A stretch of 58,805 bases of DNA from Chiloscyllium plagiosum (GCF_004010195.1 NC_057754.1:2761341-2820145), one strand, 5' to 3'; counted from the first letter of the stretch, positions 12,195 through 24,485 are shown. Program-made: numbers and translations. The notes: a model not told the origin generated them from the sequence alone.

Positions 12195-12415
12195 GGTGGC
12201 ATGGTGGGTCAGTGGTTAGCCCTGCTGTCTCATAGTGCCAGGGACCTGGGTTGATTCTAACCTTGGCTGCCTGTCTGTGTGGACTTTGCACGTACTCCCT
12301 GTGCCTGCGTACGTTTCTATCAGGTGCTCCCGTTTCCTCCCATAGTTCAAACCTGTGAGGGTTAGGTAGGTCAGCAATGCTGAGATTGTCCATAGTGTTC
12401 AGGGATGTGTAGGCT
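12195..12415 (+). mobile_element. Older diverged HE1-like V-SINE
   Basis: gtggcatggtgggtcagtggttagc head and V-domain similarity. Confidence 0.75.
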
Positions 12416-12446
12416 CTGACTAAAGTACAACAGCACACCTTCTAGT

Positions 12447-12540
12447 CAAAGTTAAAAATCACACAACCCCAGGTTATAGTCCAACAGGCTTATTTGGAAG
12501 CACTAGCTTTCGGAGCGACGCTCCTTCATCAGGTGGTTGT
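12447..12540 (-). mobile_element. PLE family B end with intact hammerhead motif (12501-12535)
   Basis: Minus strand CAC-CTGATGA-A-GGAGC-GTC-GCTCC-GAAA-GC-TA-GTG. Confidence 0.8.
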
Positions 12541-12895
12541 CCCTCTAACCAACGCTGTGTTAAATATTCATTTGTAGAAGCTGTTCAGGAAAGACAGATT
12601 TACGTAATTTTGGATTGTGTCCTGGGTTTGTGTGTGTGAATGATACAGTGAGAAGCCTTCACACTGTAGGAAGGGTAAGTGACTGCGGTAAAGATAGCTG
12701 AAGTCAGAAAAAAGCCAATTATTTACTTCCATCAGTTTGTGTAAGCTGTTGCCTTTAAGCAGTAGCTCAGAGACTTTGCAGATTATGTGCTAATCATCCA
12801 GTGCATCCTACAAAGAAATGAAGGAAACTGGGAGAAAAGAGATTGAAGATTAGAGTGCTGGCAAGCCAAAAGGACCATGTCAACAAACCCTTTGG

Positions 12896-13139
12896 ATTTG
12901 TGCTACTGAACTTTGATTTTTTTTTTCCTTACCTCCACCCTCCTACATCTAGGAGCTGAGTAGGTACCAAAGGGGTAGCCATGGGCACACGTATGGGCCC
13001 CAGCTATGCCTGTCTCTATTTGTGCTACTGAACTTTGATTTTTTTTTTCCTTACCTCCACCCTCCTACATCTAGGAGCTGAGTAGGTACCAAAGTGGTAG
13101 CCATGGGCACACGTATGGGCCCCAGCTCTGCCTGTCTCT
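12896..13139. repeat. 122-bp tandem duplication
   Basis: 12896-13017 and 13018-13139 nearly identical. Confidence 0.9.
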
Positions 13140-14320
13140 TTGTTGGCTATGTAGAGCAGTTGATCTTCCGTAGTTACACCGGCACCACTCCCCACCTCTT
13201 CCTCTGCTACATTGATGACTGCATCGGCGCCACCTCGTGCTCCCGCGAGGAGGTTGAGCAATTCATCAACTTCACCAACACATTCCACCCTGACCTTAAA
13301 TTTACCTGGACCATCTCTGACACCTCCCTCCCCCTCCTGGACCTCTCCATCTCCATCAGTGACGACCGACTTGACACTGACATTTTCTACAAACCCACCG
13401 ACTCCCACAGCTACCTGGATTACACCTCTTCCCACCCTAACTCTTGCAAAAATGCCGTCCCGTATTCCCAATTCCTCCGCCTCCGCCGTATCAACTCCCA
13501 GGAGGAGCGGTTCCACCATAGAACACACCAGATGGCCTCCTTCTCTAGAGACCGCAATTTCCCTTCCCACATGGTTAAAGATGCCCTCCAACGCATCTCA
13601 TCCACATCCCGCACCCCCGCCCTCAGACCCAACCCCTCCAACCGCAACAAGGACAGAACGCCCCTGGTGCCCACCTTCCACCCTACCAACCTTCGCATAA
13701 ACCAAATCATCCGCCGACATTTCCGCCACCTCCAAACAGACACCACCACCAGGGATATATTTCCCTCCCCACACCTTTCNNNNNNNNNNNNNNNNNNNNN
13801 NNNNNNNNNNNNNNNNNNNNNNNNNNNNNNNNNNNNNNNNNNNNNNNNNNNNNNNNNNNNNNNNNNNNNNNNNNNNNNNNNNNNNNNNNNNNNNNNNNNN
13901 NNNNNNNNNNNNNNNNNNNNNNNNNNNNNNNNNNNNNNNNNNNNNNNNNNNNNNNNNNNNNNNNNNNNNNNNNNNNNNNNNNNNNNNNNNNNNNNNNNNN
14001 NNNNNNNNNNNNNNNNNNNNNNNNNNNNNNNNNNNNNNNNNNNNNNNNNNNNNNNNNNNNNNNNNNNNNNNNNNNNNNNNNNNNNNNNNNNNNNNNNNNN
14101 NNNNNNNNNNNNNNNNNNNNNNNNNNNNNNNNNNNNNNNNNNNNNNNNNNNNNNNNNNNNNNNNNNNNNNCCACCCTCCTCTAGCTTATCTCTCCACGCT
14201 TCAGGCTCACTGCCTTTATTCCTGATGAAGGGCTTTTGCCCGAAACGTCGATTTCAAAGCTCCTCAGATGCAGCCTGAACTGCTGTGCTCTTCCACCACC
14301 ACTAATCCAGAATCTGGAAT
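13088..14320 (+). mobile_element. Penelope-like retroelement (Neptune-type), 5'-truncated RT, spans a gap, ends in a family A hammerhead end
   Basis: VAMGTRMGPS..YIDD..LPLLDL..FYKPTDSHSYLDYTSSHP..PYSQFLRLRRI; intact hammerhead motif at 14222-14249. Confidence 0.9.
13780..14170. other. Assembly gap
   Basis: N run. Confidence 1.
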
Positions 14321-14464
14321 GAAAGTTTACTGAGAAAAACTGTCACTGAACAATGAACAAGTACAGTCAAGGTGGATTCCCTCAAAAGGGAAAGGTAAGA
14401 CAAAGAAATCTGAGGTCCCAGAATGACAAAAGAGATGGAAATTGATAAAAGAGAAAAAGCGTGT

Positions 14465-15640
14465 TTATGATTGGCATTGAGTGATAGGAAACAGAGAGTA
14501 ATGGTCAATGGATATTTTTTGGGCTGGTGGAAGGGTTGTATTGGTGTTCCCCAAGGATTGGTACTGCGAACCTTTCTTTTCCTGATTTCGTTCAATGATC
14601 TAGAACTGATTCTACAGTGTGGAAACAGGCCCTTCAGCCCAACAAGTCCGACCCTCCAAAGAGCAACCCACCCAGACCCATTTTCCCTCTGACTAATGCA
14701 CCTAGCAGTACGGGCAATTTAGCATGGCCAATTCGCCTGACCTGCACATCTTTGGACTGTGGGAGGAAAGCGGAGCACCCGGAGGAAACCCACGCAGACA
14801 CGGGGAGAATGTGCAAGCTCCACACAGACAGTCACCCGAGGCTGGAATCGAACCTGGGACCCTGGTGTTGTGAGGCAGCAGTGCTAACCACTGAGCCACA
14901 GTGCCTGTGCAAAGATCTATATCTAGATCTTTGTGTGCTGGGGAAATCTCAAAGTGTGTAGATGATACAAAACTTGTAATTTGTGAGGAGGACAGTATAG
15001 AATTTCAAAAGGACATAGACAGATTGGTGGAGTGGGTGGATAGACGAATTTGGATGTGGAAAAGTGTGAGAAGATGCATTTTGATAGCAAGGATATCAAC
15101 AAAGGGGGCAGAGGATTGTCTTTGTGCACAAATCATTGAAGGCTGGGTGGAGACAGCAGTTAATAAAGCATACAGTATCCTAGGTTTTAGTAATAAGGGT
15201 AGAGAGTACAATTCATGCTGAATAGTCTGGGCCAATTGTTATCCCTCATCCGCAATACTGCGTACAGATCTGATTGCTACATCATTGAAAGGATAATAGG
15301 CAATAGACAATAGGTGCAGGAGTAGGCCATTCTGCCCTTCGAGCCTGCACCACCATTCAATATGATCATTGGAACACATTGGAGAAGAACTTTACAAGAA
15401 TGGTAAAATTTATGAGGCTGAATTTGAGAGGCTGGGACTTTTTCTTACGGAGAGAAGAAGCTAAGAGAAGATTTGAGTGGCTAGGGTGTGGAATGCACTC
15501 CCCAGAAGTGTAATGGAGGCAGGTTTAATTGAGACAGTCAAGAGGGCATCGGATCATTAGTTAAGAAGAAACAATGTGCAAGGATACGGGGAGAAGGCTG
15601 GAGAATTGCACTAAGTCTGAATGCTTATTCAGAGAGACTG
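14465..15640 (+). mobile_element. Old CR1 LINE RT/3' fragment
   Basis: LSDRKQRVMVNG..GVPQGLVL..ISKCVDDTKL. Confidence 0.75.
14611..14905 (-). mobile_element. HE1-type V-SINE nested in CR1
   Basis: Head, V domain and tail. Confidence 0.93.
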
Positions 15641-15678
15641 TATCTGCAGTATAAGCCAATGGTCTCGTTCTTGACTTT

Positions 15679-16269
15679 GGGAGTTGGGAGGTCATGTTGT
15701 GGCTGTACAGGAGTTTGATTCGACAATTTTTGGAATACTGCATCCAATTCTGGTCTCCCTGCTATAGGCAATAAGTTGTGAAATTTGCAAAGGTTCAGAA
15801 AAGATCTACAAGCACATTGCCAGGGTTGGAGGGTTTGAGCTACAGGGAGAGGTCGGATAAGCTGGAGCTGTTTTCCCTGGAGCGTTGGAGGCTGAGGGGT
15901 GACCTTATAAAGATTTATAAAATCATGAGGGGCATGGATAGGGTGAGTAGTCAAGGTCTTTTCTCCAAAGTCGGGGAATCCAAAACTGGAGGGAATAGGT
16001 TTAAGGTAAGAGGGGAAAGGTTTAAAAGGGACCTGAGGGGCAACATTTTCACACAGAGGGTGGTGCGTGTATGGAATGAGCTGCAGAGGAGGTGGTGGAG
16101 GCTGGTACAACTGCAACATTTAAAAGACTACGTGATTAGGAAGGGTTTGGAGGGATGTGGGCCAAATGGTGGCAAATGGGACTGGATTAGTTAGTTCAGG
16201 ATATCTGGTCGGCACGGACAGGTTGGACCAAAGGGTCTGTTTTCGTGCTGTGCATTTCTATGACTCTAT
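15679..16269 (+). mobile_element. CR1 LINE 3' fragment
   Basis: LPGLEGLSYRER..LFSLERWRLRGDL..FTQRVVRVWNEL; ATGACTCT tail. Confidence 0.9.
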
Positions 16270-16370
16270 AACACTTCTGCGAGTTAGTGTTTTACACAGA
16301 TTTATCATAATTGCTTTATTCTATATCTCCATTAATAAAACGCAAAATCCTTTGAACTTAATTACTCCTT

Positions 16371-16736
16371 CTGCCAACCTGCCCCACCACCATCAATGAT
16401 TCGTACACACCCAGTTCCCTCTGCTCTCCCCCTCCTTTTCACCTTGAACTCCTTCTTTTACATTATCATTGCATGTTCTTTCTACCAGAATAAGTCTCTT
16501 CACATTTCTCTGCATTATATTTCATCTGCCACTTGTCCACCCATTCTACCAACACTGCCAACCTGCCCCACCACCATCAATGATTCGTATAACCCAGTTC
16601 CCTCTGCTCTCCCCTCCTTTTCACCTTGAACTCCTTCTTTCACATTGTCATTCCATATTCTTTCTACCAGAATAAGTCTCTTCACATTTCTCTGCATTAT
16701 ATTTCATCTGCCACTCGTCCACCCATTCTACCAACA
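16371..16736. repeat. About 184-bp tandem duplication within an old minus-strand CR1 fragment
   Basis: 16371-16554 and 16555-16736 differ at few positions. Confidence 0.9.
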
Positions 16737-16788
16737 TGGCAATGTCCTTTTGAAATTTAACACCATTCCCGTCACAGTTCATAATATT

Positions 16789-17350
16789 GAACAGGCTGGG
16801 GCTGTTTTCCCTGGAGCGTCGGAGGCTGAGGGGTGACCTTATAGAGGTTTATAAAATCACGAGGGACTTGGATAAGGTAAATAGAGTAAATAGACCCAAG
16901 TCTTATCACTTGGGTGGGGCAGTCCAGAACTAGAGGGCATAGGTTTAGGGTGAGAGGGGAAAGATATAAAAGAGACCTAATGGGCGGTGTGTGTGTGGAA
17001 TGAGCTGCCAGAGGAAGTGGTGGAGGCTGGCACAATTACAGCACTTAAAAGGTTCAGGGATGTGTATGTTAGGTGCATTAGTCAGGGGTAAATGTAGAGT
17101 AATTGGAAATGGGTTTGTATGGGAGGGTCGGTGTGGACATGTTGGACCGAAGGGCTTGTTTCCACACTGCAGGGATTCTATGATAGGCTATGATAGCATC
17201 TGGAGGGGTAGGTGAATAGGAAGGGTTTAGAGGGATATGGGCCGGGTGCTGGCAAGTGGGACTAGATTGGGTTGGGATATCTGGTTGGCATGGACGAGTT
17301 GGACCGAAGGGTCTGCTTCCATGTTGTACAGCTCTATGAGTCTATTACTC
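16789..17350 (+). mobile_element. CR1 LINE 3' fragment
   Basis: ggctgttttccctggagcgtcggaggctgaggggtgacc; 3' hairpin ggaccgaagggtct. Confidence 0.85.
17053..17182 (+). mobile_element. HE1 3' fragment nested in CR1
   Basis: ttaggtgcattagtcagggg..tttccacactgcagggattct. Confidence 0.75.
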
Positions 17351-19209
17351 TAAGTCTCATGATATTCACTACTTTTGAAACTGTGCCCTACACACCAAAG
17401 TCTAGATTTACTAGTCAAGAAAAGCACTGGCTGCCATGTAATCTCATAGTAAACATTCGTCTAATCTCTTTCCGTGTCCATTACTCCATGGGCTTTAACT
17501 TTGCTGACAAGCAGCTATGTGTTAACTCTATCAAATACCTTTTGGAATTCCAATGTACACTCTTATCAATCTCTGTTACATCATCAAGAAACAAGCAAGC
17601 TAGTTAAACATAGTTTGTCCTTATCAAATCTGTGCTGGTCTTCTTTCATTGATATAAATTTGTTCAGTTAGTGGCTTGCATGCATAAAAATATCCCAAAG
17701 ACAATAAAACCCACTTTTGTGATCACTGATGTCTGTGGAATAATACTCAAAACAATGATCGTCTGACTCAGAGTGAGAAGGTGATCACTGAGACAAGCTT
17801 GGTGAATAAAGTGCTTCACAGATTCAAGGTAACAAGGCAGAATCTGGGGAGGAGATCTTAAGAACGCTGGTGAAATGCTCTATCAAAGAGATGAGGGTGG
17901 AGGCAGGCTTTCAAGACTGATGCAGGCTTTTCACGTAGTTGGTATTTGGTCACTGAACACCCAACAACATGAGGGAAAAGAACAAAGGGTTAGCCCCGAA
18001 GGAAGGTGACAGTCAGTACGGTCTTCCCAATGTTTAACTGAACAGTCTATCATTCATGTTGACTATTCAACCACAAACAGATTAGCCAAAACTCTAATTG
18101 TCTTGTGTTTTCACACCAAGAAAATCATGCCTCATTTTTAGGATGATGATCCTTGTTTTTCCAACAAATCCCTTGTTAATTCCCTTCTTCCCCGCCTCCC
18201 TTTCCATCATCCCCACTATCCAATGATAAATAAAATTGCCCGGGATACCAGCTCTCAAACAGAGCAGGCTCAAAATATTGACTGTTTCTCTGTGCACAGA
18301 TGCTGCCAGACCTGCTGAGTTCTCTGGCACTGGAGTTATCCCCTCTTTGAAAGAGGGGTCTTTTACACCCACCTGAAGGGCTTTTAAAATATGTAGGTTA
18401 TTTTCCAACCATCGCACACATGCTGATGGCATCGAGTGGCAAAAGGGAGTCAAACTGACCCCTGAGGGGCAGAAGTGAAATCAGCCAGAGACTTTCATGG
18501 GTTCTCCAATGTCCATCTCACAAGTGGATACAGGCAAGGAAATGATGGGCTGTGAGACGTTAAACATTACTAGCCAGTTTGGGAACCACAGAGGGATAAC
18601 ATGGCGTTGAGCACTCCAGCCTGGGACGTAGGCCAAGAGTTGAGTGGTGTGCGATTTACTCGCACTGACAGCTGGCTTCTGGGTTCAAACCATTATAAGA
18701 CCCATATCTCCCTCTGGGTCTTATTGACTTCAGATGATGGATTGATTGGGGCCGGTGGATAATTGAATGTGGCTGAACCCTACAACGTTGACATATGTTC
18801 TCCAGAATTTGAAGATTAATCTCCATGACGATGCTGCCAGCAACCCATGCCAGGAGAAAAATCCTCCTGGGCATCAAAAATGCATGCTTTTTTACATTCT
18901 CTTCCAATGCTTTTATCTGTCAGATATCAGACTTAGGGGAAAAGGTCATTTGACTTTCAGCTTGGGTAATGAAGAGTTCTGATGTCAGGTCACCTTGACC
19001 CGAAATATTGACTCTGTTTCTCTCCACAGAAGCTGCCAGACCTTCTGGGCTCTCACATGATTCACGGAAATCATGATGGCGAACTGATCACATGACTCTG
19101 CCATCAGTAGGAGAGAAGACACTAACCTAGAGTGAACACATGAAGAGATGTTTTACAGATTACTCTGGAGAGCTGTATTTGATAACCTATCGAGTGCAAA
19201 TGTATATGA

Positions 19210-19987
19210 AGAATCTGAGTTCATCCCTTGTGGTTGGAGGGTTCCCAGGCAGAAGATGAGGCGCTCTTCCTCCAACCGTCGTGTTGCCATGGTCTGGCGA
19301 TGGAGGATGCGGTTGCAGGGGAAGGTGCCGGGAGTGGAGGTTGGGTTGGTGGGGGGTGTGGATCTGACGAGGGAGTCACGGAGGGAGTGGTCTTTTCGGA
19401 ACGCTGATAGGGGAGGGGAGGGAAATATATCCCTGGTGGTGGGGTCCGTTTGGAGTTGGCGGAAATGACGGCGGATGATACGTTGTACATGGAGGTTGGT
19501 GGGGTGGTAGGTGAGGACCAGTGGGGTTCGGCCCTGGTGGCGGTTGGAGGGGCGGGGCTCAAGGGCGGAGGAGCGGGAAGTGGAAGAGATGTGGTGGAGG
19601 GCATCGTCGACTACGTCGGGGGGGATATTGCGGTCCTTGAAGAAGGAGGCCATCTGGGTTGTACGGTTTTGGAACTGGTCCTCCTGGGAGCAGATGCGGC
19701 GGAGACGAAGGAATTGGGAATATGGGATGGCGTTTTTACAGGGGGCAGGGTGGGAGGAGGTGTAGTCCAGGTAGCTGTGTACTATTTACTATAAACCGAC
19801 CGACTCCCACAGCTACCTAGACTACAATTCCAACGCCCCTCCCCCAAGTCCCTCCTCCCTACCTTTTATCTTAGCCTGCTGGACACACTTTCCTCATTCC
19901 TGAAGAAGGGCTTATGCCCGAAACGTCGATTCTCCTGTTCCCTGGATGCTGCCTGACCTGCTGCGCTTTTCCAGCAACACATTTTCA
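19210..19987. mobile_element. Neptune-type PLE with inversion: RT thumb/EN remnant (-) plus family A end (+)
   Basis: Minus ORF MASFFKDRN..RTPLVLTYHPTNL..RRLEEERLIFCLGTLQPQGMN; intact hammerhead motif 19900-19927(+). Confidence 0.9.
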
Positions 19988-20066
19988 GTACAGACTTAAA
20001 GCACAAGATACAGCAAGAATTTATAGCTTTTTTTTTAATATGCAAAGAGCTTATTTTTTATATTCG

Positions 20067-20370
20067 TAGAATCCCTACAGTGTAGAAACAGGCCCCTCAG
20101 CCCAAACCGACTCTCCAAAGAATAACCCACCCAGACCCATTCCCCCACCCTATTATTGTACATTTACCCCTGACGTATGCACCTAATCAATACATCCCTG
20201 AACACCAGGAGCAATTTAGCCCGGCCAAATCACCTAACCTGCACATCTTTGGATTGTGAGAGGAAACCCACGCAGACACGGGGAGTATGTGCAGTACACC
20301 CAAGGCTGGAATCGAACCCAGGTCCCTGGCGGTGTGAGGCAGCAGTGCTAACTGCTGAGCCACTGTGCCG
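20067..20370 (-). mobile_element. HE1-type V-SINE
   Basis: Head, V domain and tail, with small deletions. Confidence 0.85.
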
Positions 20371-20376
20371 ATCTAA

Positions 20377-20523
20377 TTTGAAAGGTTTCGTGTCGGTGTG
20401 CACCCGCTGGTGTGCATGCAGCTTACTGGAGCTGGTGAATCCTCTGCCACATTCAAAACAGTTCAATGGCCTGTCTACAGTGTGAACATGTTGATGTCTT
20501 TCCAGTTGAGATGGGTAATTGAA
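20377..20523 (-). pseudogene. Isolated Kruppel-type C2H2 zinc-finger fragment (1.5 fingers)
   Basis: FNYPSQLERHQHVHTVDRPLNCFECGRGFTSSSKLHAHQRVHTDTKPFK; in-frame TAA immediately upstream. Confidence 0.8.
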
Positions 20524-20829
20524 TTACTTGTTTCTGACTGGCTTGGGAAGGCAGGACAACATAATGACGGGCATGTTGGAAGAAATGTGTGGTGGGGCGG
20601 GGCAGTTGACAGCAGGACATTTTGTGAGGGCACTTCTAGGATATACCTTCCACCAGACGTGGAACTGAGGCCTGGTCTGATGGCTGTTCTCAGTTGATTT
20701 CTGACAGAGCACCGGGACCATACAGGAGAGATGAAAGAAACTGGGTTGCTTTACATTTGAACTGAGGAGCTGAAGAGGAGGTCTGATCGAGGTGTTCTGA
20801 ATTCTGAGGGCTTCGGAAGAAAAGCTTTG

Positions 20830-21125
20830 GATTTCTCTAGCGCAGGACTACGAGATGTTCCAAAGCGTTTCACAGCCAATGAAGCAATATTGTAGCATAG
20901 TTACTGTCGTAATGGAGGAGAGTTTGTACAAATCAAGCTCACAGTATCAGCATTGTGATAATGACCCAGGTAATCTCCTTGTGTGATGCTAATTGAAGAA
21001 GTAATAATTGCCCAGGACCCGTGGAAAAACTCTCGATGCCATGAGATCTTTTACATCCACCTGCGGATCCACGCAGAGCATCAGATTACTGTGTTCTGAT
21101 AGTGCAGCGCTTCCTCAATATTGCA
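20830..21125 (-). mobile_element. Deu-domain SINE remnant
   Basis: ccaaagcgtttcacagccaatgaag..tgtgataatgacc..gccatgagatcttttacatccacctg. Confidence 0.7.
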
Positions 21126-21905
21126 TTCAAATAGGACATGAAAATCCAGCGCTTGTTGGACTAACTTGCACTTCAACACTATGAAAGCTATACCTCTTGA
21201 AACGCCTTGTGGCAATTTTCTGCACCAAAGATACTGTATACACTAAAGTTGCTACTGACACTAATCCATTCTCTGGTGTACACACCCCTGATGAAAGAAA
21301 ATTCAGAAAACAAAAGCAAACATAAAAAGGGTTGGGCAACGATGGGAAGAGAGGCAGAAATACTGGTTAGTATGAACTCTCTTGATCGGATGTTAAGATC
21401 AATTCCACCAGGACAATTACCAATATTCAGTGGATCAAAAAAGGGACTTCCTTAGTTCCTCTGTCTGACTCTGCGTCAAACTAAACAGCGCAATCACCCA
21501 CTCACCCAAAGGCTTAGTTAAGGTTCATGAGTGACTCATGCCTAAATTGTGCACGCCCAATCATGTCTCCTTTAAAATGTGAGGTGCTGCTTGGAAGCAA
21601 ATCTCAGTTCCTTACTGCTACTGTCACTCTTGCCTCTCTGCCAAGTTGCTAAATAAGGGGTTTGACGCCATTCCTATCTGACTGCAGCAGGCCTACATTT
21701 GTAACCCTCAGCAAACCGTTGGTTACCATGTCAACCATTTGTTTATCTTTCATACTAGTGAGCCCTACCTGCTGACTACACTCTCAAGGTAGCTTATTTC
21801 TCACAGTTTATACCGCAGATAAACCAATAGACAACTCCCAAAAGGTTTTGACTGTCCTGTACAATAATCTGAAATTCATGACAATTATTCACACCTTTAT
21901 TATTT

Positions 21906-22361
21906 GTCCTCCTTTGCTGCACCTGTGAACCCTGGAGACTATAAAACAGTCATTATGCCCAAATATTTAGTCACTGGCAAAATTAATATTTATCCTTCCC
22001 CAGTTGGCACAATTTTAGGTTGCATAATAACTCTGTATTTTGGTCTTCAACCAGTCCTCCTTTGCTGCACCTGTGAACCCTGGAGACTATAAAACAGTCA
22101 TTATGCCCAAATATTTAGTCACTGGCAAAATTAATATTTAGAGCTGGAAATGTGTTGCTGGAAAAGCGCAGCAGGTCAGGCAGCATCCAGGGAACAGGAG
22201 AATCGACGTTTCGGGCATAAGCCCTTCTTCAGCAACACATTTCCAGCTCTGATCTCCAGCATCTGCAGACCTCACTTTCTCCTCAAAAATTAATATTTAT
22301 CCTTCCCCAGTTAGCACCAATTTTAGGTTGCATAATAACTCTGTATTTTGGTCTTCAACCA
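21906..22361. repeat. 148-bp tandem duplication; second copy carries an insertion
   Basis: 21906-22053 versus 22054-22361. Confidence 0.9.
22141..22285. mobile_element. PLE family A mini-element with inversion
   Basis: Hammerhead motif 22205-22232(-); 14-bp TSD AAAATTAATATTTA (22127-22140, 22286-22299). Confidence 0.9.
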
Positions 22362-23127
22362 TGTCTGTAGTTACTCTTCCTTTCTCTTGGCTGGAAATTG
22401 GGCTACAGTTTCACGGCTCATTGACACCTCACCAGCTGGTCAGCCCTAATGGGTAACAGGAAATTGCCAACTCTCCACGATTGTTGTGGAATCATCTCCA
22501 GCGGTGACGGAGTCATTTCCTGGACATCTGTGTGAAAACTCAGAGGCATTAAAAGTGTGCCTCATCTTCATGTTCCTTGAGAACTTTTCTTTGTTAAAAA
22601 GATGGATCAGGGAAAGAACTGGATATTTAGAGGTATTGTGGTGAAACCTTCAGGACTACATCCAGCCAGAACTATTTGATGGAAGGGTATTGACCCATTG
22701 CGAATATCAGTGCCTCCATCTGCATGCTAACTTAGTGCCTGGCTCCTATTATGCAGCTGGAGACAGTGCCAGGGATCTGTGATCACCCAGGCGTTGCCCA
22801 GGTTCACAATCTGGCAGTCAAGGCACATTAATCCTCCTGAGTGTGAGGCCAGTCACACTCCAGCCCTGTGAAAATCACCAGATACTCATTGGCAAACTTT
22901 CCAGTCTACAACAGAGAGCAAGTAGAAAGTGGCTGATGTGGAGGGGATTGTAAATACGGCATGCCATGGAGCATGTGATCATTATTTGATGGTGAACCCA
23001 TCCCTTATGGTTAATATTCTCCTTTGCTGAAGTTAATGAGCCAGACAGGGGTCAGTCCCAGTCATCATTAAGTCTCAATTGGCGACAGATTGTTTGTTTG
23101 TGAGGTGTGTGCGTTAATCAGGCCAAT

Positions 23128-23363
23128 CATGGAATCCGACCATGCAAAAGCAGGCCAGTCAGCCCACACTGACTGTCCAAGGAGCGTCCCACCCAGACCC
23201 ATCCCCGCCTCCCGGCATTTCCCATAGCTAATCCACACGTCCCTGGGCACTATGGGCAACTTAGCATGGCCAATCCACTTAACCTACACATCTTTGGACT
23301 GTGGGATAAACTGGAGCACCCGGATGAAACCCACGCAGACACGCACAAACTCCCCACAGACAG
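23128..23363 (-). mobile_element. HE1-like V-SINE, 5'-truncated
   Basis: V domain and tail similarity. Confidence 0.8.
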
Positions 23364-23364
23364 C

Positions 23365-23688
23365 CAATAAGTGAATGGGAGTGAGGATGGAGGTGATAGG
23401 TCAGAGAGGAGGGTGGGGGACGTGTCCTACCTGCCAATCTTCCTTCCCACCTGTCTGTTCCACCCTCCTCTCTGACCTATAACCCTCACCCCAACCCCCA
23501 TTCACCCATTGTACTCTTTGCTACCTTCCCCCCCCCCCACTCTGGAGGCTCTCTGCCTCCATTTTTGATGAAGGGCGAAACGTCAATTTTCCTGCTTCTC
23601 AGATACTGCCTGACCTGCTGTGCTTTTCCAGCACCACTCTGATCTAGACTCTGGTTTCCAGCATCTGTAGTCCTCACTTTTGCCTCCT
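23365..23688. mobile_element. PLE family A 3' region with inversion, degenerate hammerhead
   Basis: Matches 55515-55800 in reverse; stem II partly deleted (tgatgaagggcgaaacgtc). Confidence 0.75.
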
Positions 23689-24485
23689 CTTGTGCTCGCC
23701 TTCCTATTGCTGCATGTTTCTGACATTGGTCACCCAACATGTCCATCATTAGCATCTCACCTCTCTCCAATGCAAGCAAACAGTTGACCACTTCTTGATA
23801 ATCAAGCCACCAGATAAATTAAATCATGAAAGAAAAATTTGAAAAAGCACGTGCACAGATTTCTAGCCGTTTTTTCTCTAGATTTGTTTGCAACAGGTGA
23901 CCTCAATCCAAATCTTCAGTTACTGGGAGATTTTAAAACTGGAACATTGGAAGCCCACTTCTAGTGGGGAAGCGCTACCGAAAAAGGCAAAAAGCTCTTC
24001 AGAAGGAGAGCAGGGTCAGTGTTTGGTGAAAGAAAGAGACCAAGCGCATTGACCAGCATCGTGCAATCTGCAGCTGTAGGGAAGCAGCACCTTGGATTAA
24101 CAGCAAACACGTGCAGAAGTGTATCCAGTTTCATCTCACCTACTTTCAAACGCTTTATGAGTTGGGGTTTACAATCTTGCACATGTGACCTCTTGTGATA
24201 ATTAACCTCTTCCCCAAACCTCAGCAGATCAGGGATCGCTCTAAGGCTATAATCAAGTAAGTGATCTCTCTGAATGACCTCGAATTTTTTTTTTTGGTGG
24301 TAATTATTAGTGCTGCTGTGCATTGGATTTAATTACAGGCCTGGTTTCTCCAGTATTCCCCTCCCTCACTCATCAGTGTTCTATACTCTCATCTACCTAA
24401 ACTCCAACTTGGTCCAAACCTCTGCTGTCTGCTACTTATCCAGTCTTCACACCCACATGCCAGCCCTACCATTCACTCGTGCCAG

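Noticed and set aside
13094..14278. 394-aa ORF as an intact gene
   Set aside because: 5'-truncated PLE RT whose length is inflated by the N gap
18978..19050. Further hammerhead-like remnant (ctgatg..ggtca..tgacc-cgaaat)
   Set aside because: Core is mutated; probably an old PLE end, not supportable as a ribozyme
21525..21541. CATGAGT-G-ACTCATG palindrome containing an AP-1 site
   Set aside because: A single short motif, expected by chance without functional data
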